From a virus (taxonomy: Duplodnaviria > Caudoviricetes), in IMG/VR virus record IMGVR_UViG_3300028832_000100: a DNA stretch of 64,000 bases; one strand, 5' to 3'. The notes under the pieces were generated by a model. It made no database searches and was not told the origin of the DNA. It saw nothing but the letters and a program-made list of their open reading frames with translations. Of the stretch, positions 16,825-26,718 are shown one piece after another (position 1 is the first letter of the stretch; each line of letters opens with the position of its first letter). The position numbers and the translations under genes were made by a program.

Positions 16825-16857
16825 AAAAATAACCCGATAATATTTACTTATCGGGTA
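16825..16857 (-). terminator. Intrinsic terminator
   Basis: ACCCGATAA-loop-TTATCGGGT followed by a T-tract on the minus strand. Confidence 0.7.
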
Positions 16858-16882
16858 AAGTTACTTTTATGGGCAGTATTAG

Positions 16883-17509
16883 TCACTTCACAATATCTTG
16901 GAAGCTGTCCACATTAAATATGGAAACACCTTTCAAAGAGTCCTCGAATTCTGTGACAAGAAGCCATTGATCCGTCTCCAACTTTTTCTCAAGAACATCT
17001 CTGATGCCTTTGCAAAATCCAACAATAATTTCTTTTGGCGCAGTTTCAGAGAAATGAAGTTTTACAAGGATCTTAGAATCTTTTCCGTCCTTGAATGTTT
17101 CTACATTTACCTTATCAACAATGGTCTTGCAAATATCCTCAACGGGATCAGATGATTCGTATGTACCAAAAGTATCTGCTTCTTTTCCGATAACTGTGAC
17201 ATACAGATAATCGCACTTATCGATATTATCCTTAATTACTTCCAAGATATTACAATGGAAATTTCCAAGAAGATCATTTACACAAAGAATATCTCCTTTT
17301 TTAAGAATAGTCTTGTTAGAGAAGATGGAAGCCGGACAAACATTGTGATAGATCTCGTAATACTGTTCAAACAAGTCTGCATATCCAACAATACTGGATG
17401 AGAGAATATAACTTGTTCTTCCGCACTGTGCGTTGTAGAAGATTCTATTGAGAATCCATTTATTATTCTCTTGTTCACTCTCACTTACTTTATAGAATAC
17501 TTTGCTCAT
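16883..17509 (-). CDS. Hypothetical protein
   Basis: 208-aa ORF. Confidence 0.65.
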   Translation of the reverse strand: MSKVFYKVSESEQENNKWILNRIFYNAQCGRTSYILSSSIVGYADLFEQYYEIYHNVCPASIFSNKTILKKGDILCVNDLLGNFHCNILEVIKDNIDKCDYLYVTVIGKEADTFGTYESSDPVEDICKTIVDKVNVETFKDGKDSKILVKLHFSETAPKEIIVGFCKGIRDVLEKKLETDQWLLVTEFEDSLKGVSIFNVDSFQDIVK

Positions 17510-18237
17510 TTTACTTGCTCCTGCTTTCTGTTGTTCATTATGTTAATGACTTCTTCTCTTGGAATAATTCTTATCGGCTTAACCCAACGGGCACATCTCT
17601 TGGAGTCAAAGTTGTGTCCAACATTCTCGTCTGATGCTTCACACTCGGTAATCACAAAATCCACTCCATACTCGCCGTTGTAATAATTAAATATGTCAAA
17701 CAGATCTGTGCAGTAGTGGATTCCGTTTCTACAGAGCGTTAGCTCCCCTGTGCAGTAAGTTTTTTTGCCAATTTTGAATTTTATTTTTGGATCAGCCGTT
17801 GCAACAAGATTGCCTTTATCTCCAACTCTAAAAGCTTTATAATTAGCCTGTGTGCTAACCAAGTTGTTACAATCGCAAAACACACTATGTCCAATGCTCG
17901 TGACGCTGTCCGGTATCGTGACGCTCGTCAGCCCTGTACAACCTTGGAACGCATTATCTTCAATACTCGTGACGCTGTTCGGGATCGTGATGTTCGTCAA
18001 ACTGCTACAATTGTAGAACGCACCCCATCCAATGCTCGTGACGCTACTCGGAATCGTGATGCTCCTTAAATTGGTACAACAATTAAACGCCCAACTCCAA
18101 ACTGCAGACACAGGTTTACCACGGTATAACGGGGGGATGTTGATGTTCTTATCTTTACAAGTCCCTATTCCCATGACAAAATATGATTTGTCCGAAGAAA
18201 GGTGATATTTTAACCCCTTACTGTATGTCTTTTTCAT
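17506..18237 (-). CDS. BspA-type leucine-rich-repeat protein with a phage C-terminal domain
   Basis: LxSITIPxSVTSIGxxAFxxC repeats; C-terminal LTLCRNGIHYC. Confidence 0.85.
   Translation of the reverse strand: MKKTYSKGLKYHLSSDKSYFVMGIGTCKDKNINIPPLYRGKPVSAVWSWAFNCCTNLRSITIPSSVTSIGWGAFYNCSSLTNITIPNSVTSIEDNAFQGCTGLTSVTIPDSVTSIGHSVFCDCNNLVSTQANYKAFRVGDKGNLVATADPKIKFKIGKKTYCTGELTLCRNGIHYCTDLFDIFNYYNGEYGVDFVITECEASDENVGHNFDSKRCARWVKPIRIIPREEVINIMNNRKQEQVK
17863..18069 (-). repeat. Three 69-bp tandem LRR-coding repeats
   Basis: ATCACGATnCCGnnnAGCGTCACGAGyATTG core repeated every 69 nt. Confidence 0.85.
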
Positions 18238-19020
18238 TCATACCTCCACGAGTTTATCGATGTATTGTCTTCCGTCACCCTTGAAAATGGGAATATCGTT
18301 ATCAATTTCCCATCTACTTCTACCAGTGTTTTCATCCACAACACGAATACAGCAACTGCCTCGCTTCATCGTTGTTGGATAATTATTCCAGTTAATACTT
18401 TTCTGAAGCATGAGCATATCTTGAATATCCTTACAGGACTTTCCGTGCAATTCCTTCGGTGAAAAGTTTGCGTGACCAACCATTTCAATGGAATTTCTTG
18501 TAGCATCGTTTTGTCGCCACAAAATGTTGTTACACACCTCCTCTTGAGGAATGTTAAAGCATCTTGCATCAAACATTGCACCTTTATCCTGTGCTCTTGT
18601 CAAACACTTAATATACTCTGCACCGGCTGCACCGTATATAGCTTTGAGATCCGATACATCGTTAGTAAATGCCTTATTGAAAGCCATCGTAGCCATACTC
18701 GCAGCCACACTTGCGCATTTCTGAATGTTATAATCAAACCAAGAGCTGGTTTCAAGTTTCTTATAATCTACGAGCACGAGAGTGATTTCGTCGGATTGTG
18801 TGTATCCAAGAACACACCCTTGAATATTTTCGCAGAGATATTTCATGGTTTCTTGCATGGTACTTACAAGAACCATGTCAAAAGGCTTCTTAAAACCTTT
18901 TGTAAAGGTATGAAATGCCTTACCATCAATTCTGATGATGACAGGCATTCTCGGAATAAGGTGAGTCCTTGTAATATACTCGTATTTCTTCATTCTATCG
19001 CCAAGAGAATCATTTATCAT
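18238..19020 (-). CDS. tRNA(His) guanylyltransferase Thg1-like protein
   Basis: LGDRMKKYE, RIDGKAFHTFT, YTQSDEI, FDAR, WRQNDATRNS. Confidence 0.92.
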   Translation of the reverse strand: MINDSLGDRMKKYEYITRTHLIPRMPVIIRIDGKAFHTFTKGFKKPFDMVLVSTMQETMKYLCENIQGCVLGYTQSDEITLVLVDYKKLETSSWFDYNIQKCASVAASMATMAFNKAFTNDVSDLKAIYGAAGAEYIKCLTRAQDKGAMFDARCFNIPQEEVCNNILWRQNDATRNSIEMVGHANFSPKELHGKSCKDIQDMLMLQKSINWNNYPTTMKRGSCCIRVVDENTGRSRWEIDNDIPIFKGDGRQYIDKLVEV

Positions 19021-19168
19021 TTTCACAAAATACCCCTTTCTGGCAGTGACCACTCGCAGAAACCTCCTCTTCCCATTTCCAACACACATATTTGGAAGAG
19101 TTCACATCATACTCGCACCAAGAGCAGTTCTTACATTTACACTCGACTGGTATACATTGATTGCTCAT
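19010..19168 (-). CDS. Small Cys-rich protein (52 aa, below the ORF-track cutoff)
   Basis: MSNQCIPVECKCKNCSWCEYD...CWKW...HCQKG, GAGGG RBS. Confidence 0.6.
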   Translation of the reverse strand: MSNQCIPVECKCKNCSWCEYDVNSSKYVCWKWEEEVSASGHCQKGVFCENDK

Positions 19169-19186
19169 CACTTTATCCCTCTTAAA

Positions 19187-19654
19187 TCAACCACCAATGC
19201 GAATAAGGTTGTCAATGTTGACCTTCTGAATTTCAGGAAGTTCAGAAGACTTGTTCAGATATGACGGGGTAAGATACTTCACCACATCGTCAAAAGACAC
19301 TTCAACCCCGTTCATAAACCATGTCGATTTCGCACGAGATTTTCCACGAACATTCGCCAGTTGAAGATAGATAGATTCTCCGTCGATCTTCTTAGCGATG
19401 GAGTTCTTAACGATCCACTCATAGGGGTTCTGCCGTTCAGAAGGCGTGTAGTTCTCGGACGCTCTCTTTGCAATCACTCTTGCAATGTGAGAGTAGTCCA
19501 CGCCGAGTCTAACGACCTTTGTCGTTCTCTTGGTAATGGAAATGCCTTCTTTTTTGGCGAACGCAAGCATGGTGGGGGCGGTTTCGTACTCGACGCTAAC
19601 GAAAGTTCCATTCTTTACCTTGTTTATTGCGTTTTGAACAGCAGTGAAAGTCAT
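19187..19654 (-). CDS. Hypothetical protein
   Basis: ATG after GGAGG, directly behind a promoter. Confidence 0.75.
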   Translation of the reverse strand: MTFTAVQNAINKVKNGTFVSVEYETAPTMLAFAKKEGISITKRTTKVVRLGVDYSHIARVIAKRASENYTPSERQNPYEWIVKNSIAKKIDGESIYLQLANVRGKSRAKSTWFMNGVEVSFDDVVKYLTPSYLNKSSELPEIQKVNIDNLIRIGG

Positions 19655-19687
19655 TGTTAAATCCTCCAATTTCTTGATTGCAATAAT

Positions 19688-19716
19688 ATTATAACATATT
19701 TTGAAGGATTTGTCAA
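19688..19716 (-). promoter_or_regulatory. sigma-A type promoter
   Basis: TTGACA-17-TATAAT with TG. Confidence 0.85.
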
Positions 19717-19719
19717 CTA

Positions 19720-20400
19720 TTACTTTTCGTATTTTTGTTTTAATCCGATATATTCGTCAAGAGAAATCTCTTTCATTTCTCCATCAAACTCGTGGAAATA
19801 TTTTGCAAAAGGAATTGGATTTTCATTATTTTTCTGAATGGAAGTAATTTTGATGGTGTCGAAATCACCATTCGTATCATCAAGTAACTCTTCAACAACC
19901 GTTACCTTGTATTTATCAATTCCGTCGTAAGGAAGCGTGATGGGGAACAATTTGTCAACAAATCTTGTAGCCATGCCACAATAAAAGGGAGTTCTCTTTC
20001 CTTCCTCATAGCAAACAACTCTATCTACATCTGTATAGGTTATTTTACCGTCAAGACTCTCTTCCCTGAATAGGTGTGGCATTCGTGAACACTGAATGCT
20101 TGATTTTAATCCCATTTTTGTAAGCCATTTCGGGTTTTCTTCTGGAAGATTTACACCGGCAATCTGCTCTTCAAAATCTTTTTCTGTGATCGGGCTGAGA
20201 GGCATACCATCAATCAATCTATCCAGAATATCTTTAGTAATCCCAATAGACATTCCAGAATGACCGTCTTCCATCAAGCAGTTATATGCCTTCAAAGCAG
20301 AATCAAGACAAAGCCCATAATACTCATCGTTATTTACCTTCTTTGCGATCTCCACTTCATTTTCAGCCCACGATCTCATATTCATATTATTCATCCCCAC
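19720..20400 (-). CDS. Conserved phage hypothetical protein
   Basis: EDGHSGMS...PLSPIT...QCSRM...FPITLPY. Confidence 0.75.
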   Translation of the reverse strand: MGMNNMNMRSWAENEVEIAKKVNNDEYYGLCLDSALKAYNCLMEDGHSGMSIGITKDILDRLIDGMPLSPITEKDFEEQIAGVNLPEENPKWLTKMGLKSSIQCSRMPHLFREESLDGKITYTDVDRVVCYEEGKRTPFYCGMATRFVDKLFPITLPYDGIDKYKVTVVEELLDDTNGDFDTIKITSIQKNNENPIPFAKYFHEFDGEMKEISLDEYIGLKQKYEK

Positions 20401-20845
20401 TTAATATATCGTTAGCCCAGTCAAGTTCTTCTTGAGTGGCATATCTCACAAATTCTGCTTCGTCGGAACGCATCCACGACCACACGCTGCCAAATTCCAT
20501 ATCAATCACACCATAATTGTCATCGCTCTCTGCTCTCACTATATAAAGATGATTGTTTTTTCTCCATCTAACAATGGGTACATGATCTCCCTGCAGACTG
20601 TATACATTTTCATAATACGGTAGATATTCCTTCAAATCTACCCCTCTTACAAATCCCAGCACCCAGTAATATTTTTTTGCCGTGCTCGACATCATTAACG
20701 TATTTTCACTACCGTAAGCAAAAATACAGTCTTTGCCCAAACAAGATTTATTTTTTTCCAACAGCTCATCCAACGTTTCGCATGTGTATTCCTCTGGGTC
20801 GGCACCACTAATGTATGCAGGAATATGTTGCTTATACTTGATCAT
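20387..20845 (-). CDS. Hypothetical protein
   Basis: ORF with GAGG RBS. Confidence 0.65.
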   Translation of the reverse strand: MIKYKQHIPAYISGADPEEYTCETLDELLEKNKSCLGKDCIFAYGSENTLMMSSTAKKYYWVLGFVRGVDLKEYLPYYENVYSLQGDHVPIVRWRKNNHLYIVRAESDDNYGVIDMEFGSVWSWMRSDEAEFVRYATQEELDWANDILSGDE

Positions 20846-21081
20846 ACGATTGTTACCTCTTTCGTTTCGTAAATGTCGAAGTTATCTCTGTTACCACTAT
20901 CCGTATACACAAGATAACGAAAATCATCAAGCCACATAGAATCTTTTCCAATTTCTCCGCGAGATCTACTCTCCATGAACTTTTTAGAATCTTCCAAATT
21001 CTTGTATGCTTCTTGGCTAACATGGAAACTTCTGATCCCGTCGCAATATCTTTCAATGTAAACGACCCAACAATTATTCAT
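20842..21081 (-). CDS. Hypothetical protein
   Basis: AAGGAG RBS; ATGA overlap with the next gene. Confidence 0.6.
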   Translation of the reverse strand: MNNCWVVYIERYCDGIRSFHVSQEAYKNLEDSKKFMESRSRGEIGKDSMWLDDFRYLVYTDSGNRDNFDIYETKEVTIV

Positions 21082-21100
21082 TTAATATACTCCTTATCTG

Positions 21101-21517
21101 TTAGTATTCACTCAAATCAATTGTTTCTAATTCCATAACTCTTTTGCTGATGCCTAAATTGTTCCAATTCGATTTGTAGCGTCCTTGTAGCTCAATAACT
21201 CTGGAATTATATTCGTTTACTTCTTGCAAAATAATACTCTTATTAGTGGTATACAGCTCGCTGTTTCCATTCAAAACTTCTTCAATGGATTCTTTTTGTT
21301 TCAACAGACCGTCTACCTCTACGCTACTACTGAACTTACAACAAAAGTGACACGAGATCAAAATTGTTAGAACAACTACAAATGTAATAAGAATCAACCC
21401 AAAAATCATACGTGGGATATCAACATCTTTATAGGTATTCTTATCTACAACAACAGTAATAATGGTTCCTACAAGCCCGATGAAAGCCAAAACTCCGAAA
21501 ACAATAAACCAATACAT
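21101..21517 (-). CDS. Membrane protein (2 TM)
   Basis: Two hydrophobic N-terminal segments. Confidence 0.7.
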   Translation of the reverse strand: MYWFIVFGVLAFIGLVGTIITVVVDKNTYKDVDIPRMIFGLILITFVVVLTILISCHFCCKFSSSVEVDGLLKQKESIEEVLNGNSELYTTNKSIILQEVNEYNSRVIELQGRYKSNWNNLGISKRVMELETIDLSEY

Positions 21518-21522
21518 AATTT

Positions 21523-22053
21523 TTACTCCTTAAATTTAATTCTTTTAATCTGGCAACTTTCCATGACAGAAAGTGCTTGCTCGTGTTTCTCAACCGTAGT
21601 TCCGGCACACAGATCCTCGTAAACATAGATTGGTGTTTCCGGGAAAATAGTCTTTAAGAGCAACGCATTTGTAATCACACAAATATCTGTGCAAAGTCCA
21701 CAGATGTAAATTTCGTCGTCTTTTTTGATGCCATAATCTCCCCAATCAAGCGTACCAAATGTGTGCTTATCAATAGCAGTTACATGGGAGGGATTGGAAA
21801 GAATAGCCTCTGCGACTTCTTGCGGAAAGAAATATCCGTCCGTGTTATCAATGCAATGCTTAATAGGTAAATTTTTTCCTTCCTGTGTCTCTAAATATGT
21901 TTCGTCATCGTGACAGTCAAAGGTCAGAATGATCTCCCCGTCAAAATTCCCGATCAAGTTGGAAATGGGATTAACAATTTTTTCCGCTTCCTTATTGGCA
22001 AGACTTCCTGTAATGAAGTCTTTTTGAAAATCAATAATACATAAATATTTCAT
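21523..22053 (-). CDS. Nicotinamidase/isochorismatase-family cysteine hydrolase
   Basis: IDFQKDF, D.H, HC, K, GLCTDICV. Confidence 0.9.
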   Translation of the reverse strand: MKYLCIIDFQKDFITGSLANKEAEKIVNPISNLIGNFDGEIILTFDCHDDETYLETQEGKNLPIKHCIDNTDGYFFPQEVAEAILSNPSHVTAIDKHTFGTLDWGDYGIKKDDEIYICGLCTDICVITNALLLKTIFPETPIYVYEDLCAGTTVEKHEQALSVMESCQIKRIKFKE

Positions 22054-22054
22054 G

Positions 22055-22402
22055 TCATACCTCTTTCCAATTATTTCTCTGAATGATTCTCCTCATATTC
22101 TCAACACCGACTGGATTCATGGAATGGATATGAAATTCATATGGAAAATAGTCGGTTTCTTCTAACCAATCCAATAGCTTTATATAATCCCCACCGTCAA
22201 CTGCATAATCGCCAGCATCATGGTCAAGATCTATCAATACAGGATTGTATAAAAACTCCATGTAAAGTTTTCTGTTGTTATTTTCAATCAGGGATCTTTT
22301 TACACTCTCTAACTTTTCAATAACATCCTTTATTTCGTTTACGCTCCTACACCAAACATATCCTTCTGGTGCCGGGCGCATATCATCAACCCAAATCTTC
22401 AT
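22055..22402 (-). CDS. Cyclic-phosphate-processing receiver domain protein
   Basis: KIWVDDMRPAP, LDHDAG, HSMNPVG. Confidence 0.8.
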   Translation of the reverse strand: MKIWVDDMRPAPEGYVWCRSVNEIKDVIEKLESVKRSLIENNNRKLYMEFLYNPVLIDLDHDAGDYAVDGGDYIKLLDWLEETDYFPYEFHIHSMNPVGVENMRRIIQRNNWKEV

Positions 22403-22885
22403 TTATTTTCTCCTCATTCTATATGCTTTTGGATTTGGAATAGCCATAACATTCAATTTCACTTCTGTTGTTTCTGAAAGTCCTTTTTCAGACCACACTT
22501 CATAGTGAAACAATTTTTTCCTGGGAGGACACACTGCTACACCTGTCCTTCCATGAAGACTGTTGGTATCAAATAACTTTGAGGAAATTCGGTTGAACTC
22601 GTTAAACGCCCTCCAAAATTGCCGTTCAGAGTCTACAAACACGGTATATCCAAGATATTCAGCTTTCTTATCCTCACAAGTCCTTCTGTCGTTTGTAAGT
22701 ACAACTTTACCCTCCTTGATGAGGATTTTCAACATAAGTTCTGATGTGTATCTTGCGTTCTCTTTCTTCCAATCTGTTATTGAGCAATACATCATTACGG
22801 CAACATAAAAGACCGTGCATACAGCGAATACTACAGCGGCTCTATCCATTTCATTTACTCCCTTTCTCTGCCTTCCTATCATCAT
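22403..22885 (-). CDS. Hypothetical protein with an N-terminal TM segment
   Basis: ORF track; true start probably MDRAAV. Confidence 0.6.
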   Translation of the reverse strand: MMIGRQRKGVNEMDRAAVVFAVCTVFYVAVMMYCSITDWKKENARYTSELMLKILIKEGKVVLTNDRRTCEDKKAEYLGYTVFVDSERQFWRAFNEFNRISSKLFDTNSLHGRTGVAVCPPRKKLFHYEVWSEKGLSETTEVKLNVMAIPNPKAYRMRRK

Positions 22886-23210
22886 AAGTAAAGGTGATAA
22901 AACTAGTGAAGTTCTCCATATTATACCCTATAAACATAGGCAATATCCCGTACAGGACCTCACCATCACACTCTGCTTTCTCCTTATACCTTGCAGAAGT
23001 CAGCTCTAACTTATCTCCGATAATTTCCCCCACTATGGATCTGGCAGTATCAGATCTTATTCCGTCTATTACACCCTTAATATAGGACTCTGCCTCTTTA
23101 CTTAGACAAATTACCTTTATACTGCCATGAGTCGTACCAAAAATTACTCTTCGGTCGACATCCTCCACCACTTCAAACTCGAATCCCTTATACTTCAGAA
23201 CTTTAGCCAC
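22851..23210 (-). CDS. Hypothetical protein
   Basis: ORF in operon. Confidence 0.6.
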   Translation of the reverse strand: MAKVLKYKGFEFEVVEDVDRRVIFGTTHGSIKVICLSKEAESYIKGVIDGIRSDTARSIVGEIIGDKLELTSARYKEKAECDGEVLYGILPMFIGYNMENFTSFITFTYDDRKAEKGSK

Positions 23211-23502
23211 GAGGAATCTCCTTCCTATTCAAATCTTGATATCCCTTATAGTCATCAAAGAAAGTTATGTGTAACTCGTCATCCTTCCCTACATAGATAC
23301 TGCTAATGCGAGCATCATCATTATCTCCACCCAGCGTGTCTGCAAAGGTGACTTTATTCATATTCATGAAGTGAAAGTGAATCTTCTCCCACGGCTCAAA
23401 ACAGTAGTGAATCTGACCCCAAGTAAGGTTCCTCTCTACATGACGATCTCTCACTCTTCTACCTCCACAGAACTTCCTTATATTTCTTTCTTGCCCTTTC
23501 AA
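23203..23502 (-). CDS. Hypothetical protein
   Basis: ORF in operon. Confidence 0.55.
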   Translation of the reverse strand: MKGQERNIRKFCGGRRVRDRHVERNLTWGQIHYCFEPWEKIHFHFMNMNKVTFADTLGGDNDDARISSIYVGKDDELHITFFDDYKGYQDLNRKEIPRG

Positions 23503-23561
23503 GGCGTTCCTTTTTGGTAGCCTCTTTTCTCGGCTTGAACCCGACCCATGTCTTTCTTGCC

Positions 23562-23756
23562 TTATCGGTTTTCTTTTGTTTCGATGCTTTCATATCCGAT
23601 AAACCCATATCTCATCTTCCAGTACATCAATGTACCACATTGACTACAGCGCCCGTATAGTTTCTGTATAATCTCTTCGCCATAGTTATCCGCATCATAA
23701 ATGATACCATTGATATCATCACAGCCACATTTCGGACAGATCAGTTCCTTTTCCAT
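23562..23756 (-). CDS. Small Zn-ribbon protein
   Basis: CPKCG...CSQCG. Confidence 0.65.
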   Translation of the reverse strand: MEKELICPKCGCDDINGIIYDADNYGEEIIQKLYGRCSQCGTLMYWKMRYGFIGYESIETKENR

Positions 23757-23759
23757 TTT

Positions 23760-24140
23760 TCATACCTCACTGTTAATTGTTACCTCTGGGTTTCTATATG
23801 ACTTTTCACACAATGAAATTGCGTTAATTTTAACATCTTCCATTTTCCCGGTCTCGTCACAGGTTCCGGTTGAGCAGATACACATTTCAGCTTTCCCGTT
23901 TTGTAGAATCTCACCCCAGGAATCTGCAATATCTGCATCAACGACCAGATCATCTCCATCCATTTTAGAGGAAGCGATCCCAATTACTCCACCGAGATCG
24001 ATCTCACCAAGCAGTGGGTTTATTGCATCCGTGTTAGAAATCACATATAACCCGTCTTTTTCAAGTTCCTTTGGATTTGCATAAAACCTACCATTTCTGT
24101 TAGGCTTCGACATATCCATAAATCTACAGGTGATTTTCAT
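23760..24140 (-). CDS. Small protein resembling prohead protease-like domains
   Basis: KPNRNGRFY...LLGEID recalls the T4 gp21-type NRNGRxY...LGELDH motif, but the His is missing. Confidence 0.4.
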   Translation of the reverse strand: MKITCRFMDMSKPNRNGRFYANPKELEKDGLYVISNTDAINPLLGEIDLGGVIGIASSKMDGDDLVVDADIADSWGEILQNGKAEMCICSTGTCDETGKMEDVKINAISLCEKSYRNPEVTINSEV

Positions 24141-24150
24141 TTTTCTATCC

Positions 24151-24861
24151 TCACATTCTATGGATTATTGCTCTCAAATGCAATCTCTGGATGTTGTACC
24201 CACCAGCTTCAACGGTCTCAACAGAGCACTTACCCTCTTTACCGACGAACACACCATTGAGAGCGTGACCGCAGACATGAACATCACTGTAATCGGTGAC
24301 CTCTCCGATCTCCTTATAGATTCTTCTCCAGATGTCGTTTGTGAAGCAATTTGCGGTTGCTCTTGCTTCTTTTTTAATATCGTCGTCAGTACGTGTGGTA
24401 AGGGAATACTGACCCTTATACACGCGGCAGAAATCCTTGTAGCCAAGTCTATTCAAGGCATATTTCAGATGATCGGTATACTCCGAGTCGTTGTTGTAGA
24501 ACTCACGGTACAGATCCTCTTCCAAGTCGTCAAGAATGGACGGTCTTTTCACAACAAGATCAAGATCCTTTTTGGCATCTACAAGGGCTTCCTTGTAAGA
24601 GTCAATCTTTTTTCTCAACTCCGCAATTTCTTTTTCATGTCGGTCAATGTCTTCTTTGAGGTATTCAATATCGTAGACCTTCCAATATAGGTCGTGGTCT
24701 GCTTCAAAGATTTTTTGATAATCTTTCGACAGAAATCCTTTTGCTACAAGCAGATCCTCTTTCTTCTCAATCTGATTCTTTTTCTTGTCAATAGTGGAAA
24801 GCTTTTTCTCAATCTTTGCTTCCGCATTACTGATAAGCTCATTGAGTTTCTCTGCGGTCAT
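24151..24861 (-). CDS. Coiled-coil phage protein
   Basis: C-terminal AGGYNIQRLH motif; GGAGG RBS. Confidence 0.75.
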   Translation of the reverse strand: MTAEKLNELISNAEAKIEKKLSTIDKKKNQIEKKEDLLVAKGFLSKDYQKIFEADHDLYWKVYDIEYLKEDIDRHEKEIAELRKKIDSYKEALVDAKKDLDLVVKRPSILDDLEEDLYREFYNNDSEYTDHLKYALNRLGYKDFCRVYKGQYSLTTRTDDDIKKEARATANCFTNDIWRRIYKEIGEVTDYSDVHVCGHALNGVFVGKEGKCSVETVEAGGYNIQRLHLRAIIHRM

Positions 24862-24891
24862 AAGAATACCTCCATGAAATTTACTATATCT

Positions 24892-24920
24892 ATTATAGCA
24901 TATTTCTGTTGTTTTGTCAA
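24892..24920 (-). promoter_or_regulatory. sigma-A type promoter
   Basis: TTGACA-17-TATAAT with TG. Confidence 0.85.
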
Positions 24921-24926
24921 CTATTG

Positions 24927-25130
24927 TTACTCAAATTCTTCGTCGCAGTCATTATATTTGTAGAAACCCGCACGAACCTCGGCGATGGTATTATATGTAT
25001 CTGTAAGGATATCGTCGTACTCGCTTTCAGGGTGCATATCAGAAACTTTGATGACTGCACTATACAGCAATGACTCACGTCCTTGCTCTTGTGCAACACG
25101 ATTAAGTAAGAGATTTCTTTGTAAGGTCAT
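24927..25130 (-). CDS. Hypothetical protein
   Basis: GGAGG RBS; lies between two promoters. Confidence 0.65.
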   Translation of the reverse strand: MTLQRNLLLNRVAQEQGRESLLYSAVIKVSDMHPESEYDDILTDTYNTIAEVRAGFYKYNDCDEEFE

Positions 25131-25156
25131 ATATTCTTCCCCTCCATTTTTTCTTT

Positions 25157-25185
25157 ATTATAACACATTCTCCACGATTTGTCAA
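25157..25185 (-). promoter_or_regulatory. sigma-A type promoter
   Basis: TTGACA-17-TATAAT with TG. Confidence 0.85.
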
Positions 25186-25280
25186 CTATAAAAAGAAAAG
25201 GACTACGAATTTGGAGGACTTCACTTAGGGATTTGACAAAATCAAATTTTTGAGCGACTCCTTCAAACGGTTTCAAACAG

Positions 25281-25326
25281 AAAAAGACCACATCTTAGGT
25301 TATTAGCCTTTGATGTGGTCTTTTTT
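25281..25326. terminator. Bidirectional intrinsic terminator after the methyltransferase
   Basis: AAAAAGACCACATC...GATGTGGTCTTTTT. Confidence 0.75.
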
Positions 25327-25327
25327 G

Positions 25328-26718
25328 TTATTGATCAAAAAGGGATAGTTGATTATCTCCGTTGATACTTATCTTAGAGGTGGAAGTTATATCACTAAAT
25401 CTTCCCCTATGTTGAACCCGAGACCTTTTATCAATCTCTTCCGGCGCCATTTCAGATGAAATAGACATCAGTACTTCTTCGAGCCGTGGGTTAATGCTCA
25501 TATTTCGTTCTTGTTTTCTACGAATGATACCATAACACCCCACAGGCGATATATATATATATCTTCAGGTGCATCGCTCGATACGATGTCTTTCATAGAG
25601 CCAAAAACGCATTCTTCGGGAATAGGTGAACAGTTAACTTCATAATCAATATCGAGCTGAACTGTATCTTTGCCCAAGGGAACATAAAGAGTGTCATTAT
25701 CGATTTTTTGAGTATATAACAGCGGCGCGTTTGTTATACTTTGATGTGAAAAAAGAAGGTCATTACAATTCAATAATCGTTTGCCCAACCAGGCAATGAC
25801 TGGAACAGCCCAAGAATTTCCGGTCGCTTGATAGCGGTTTGTCTTTTTGGCATTTGGCAAATCAGTATAGTTGTCTGGGAATCCCATTAGCCTTTCTGTT
25901 TCCAAAGGAGATAGTCTTCGGATACGATTATCTTGGACTATGAACAGTGAGCCATTGGTTGCGGCGGCATTACCGTTCCATTTTGTGCCGTAAGACGCAT
26001 ACAGGCAATCGGTATACTCTCTAAACACCTCAAACAGGTGTCCTTCCTTTGAAAAGGTGAGGGGAGTATGTGGGTACTCCGCGAAAGAAGAATTATGCTT
26101 TTCAAAGAGGATATTTTCCGGAAAGAAATCCGTGCCTCCGGCAATAAGGTATAATCTCTTTCTTTGTTGCGGAAGTCCGAAATATTTCGCATCCAGCACT
26201 CTCCACGCCACATTGCGTTTTGTTCCGTGGATAAAACCAGCATATGTCCATTTCGAGTTTTCAATGGGCTCACTTAATCCCGTCAAAGACGAAACCAAAC
26301 AGCCGAAAGCATTGGTTTTGTCAGTAAGAACGCCCTCAACATTTTCCCAAAACACAATTGTGCGTGGCAACTTGCTTTCAAGACGAATACTGTCGTTTGC
26401 CTCTATGATGTCTACAAATCTTAATGTCAGATTACCACGGTCATCATTGAGACCGTTTTGCCAACCGGCAAGTGAAAATGCCTGACAAGGTGTTCCTCCA
26501 CAGATCAAATCCGGAGATGCGATAGTACGATTACGAATCAGATTGGGAATATCGTTCATATCTCCGAGATTCGCTATATCTGGATAATGTTTTTCTAATA
26601 TTTTTGATGGAAAGTCCGCAATTTCAGAAAACCACTCAAATTTCATCCCAAGCGGCGCCCATGATACAGATGCGGCTTCAATCCCGGAACATACACTTCC
26701 GACGGTGTTAATTTTCAT
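25328..26718 (-). CDS. C5-cytosine DNA methyltransferase, frameshifted near the C-terminus at (AT)7
   Basis: SVCSGIEA, GGTPCQAFS, WENV, QQRKR, GNSWAV. ORF 25498-26718 and ORF 25328-25543 join if one AT unit is removed. Confidence 0.88.

Noticed and set aside
25328-25543. Separate 71-aa gene
   Set aside because: Better explained as the out-of-frame C-terminus of the methyltransferase.
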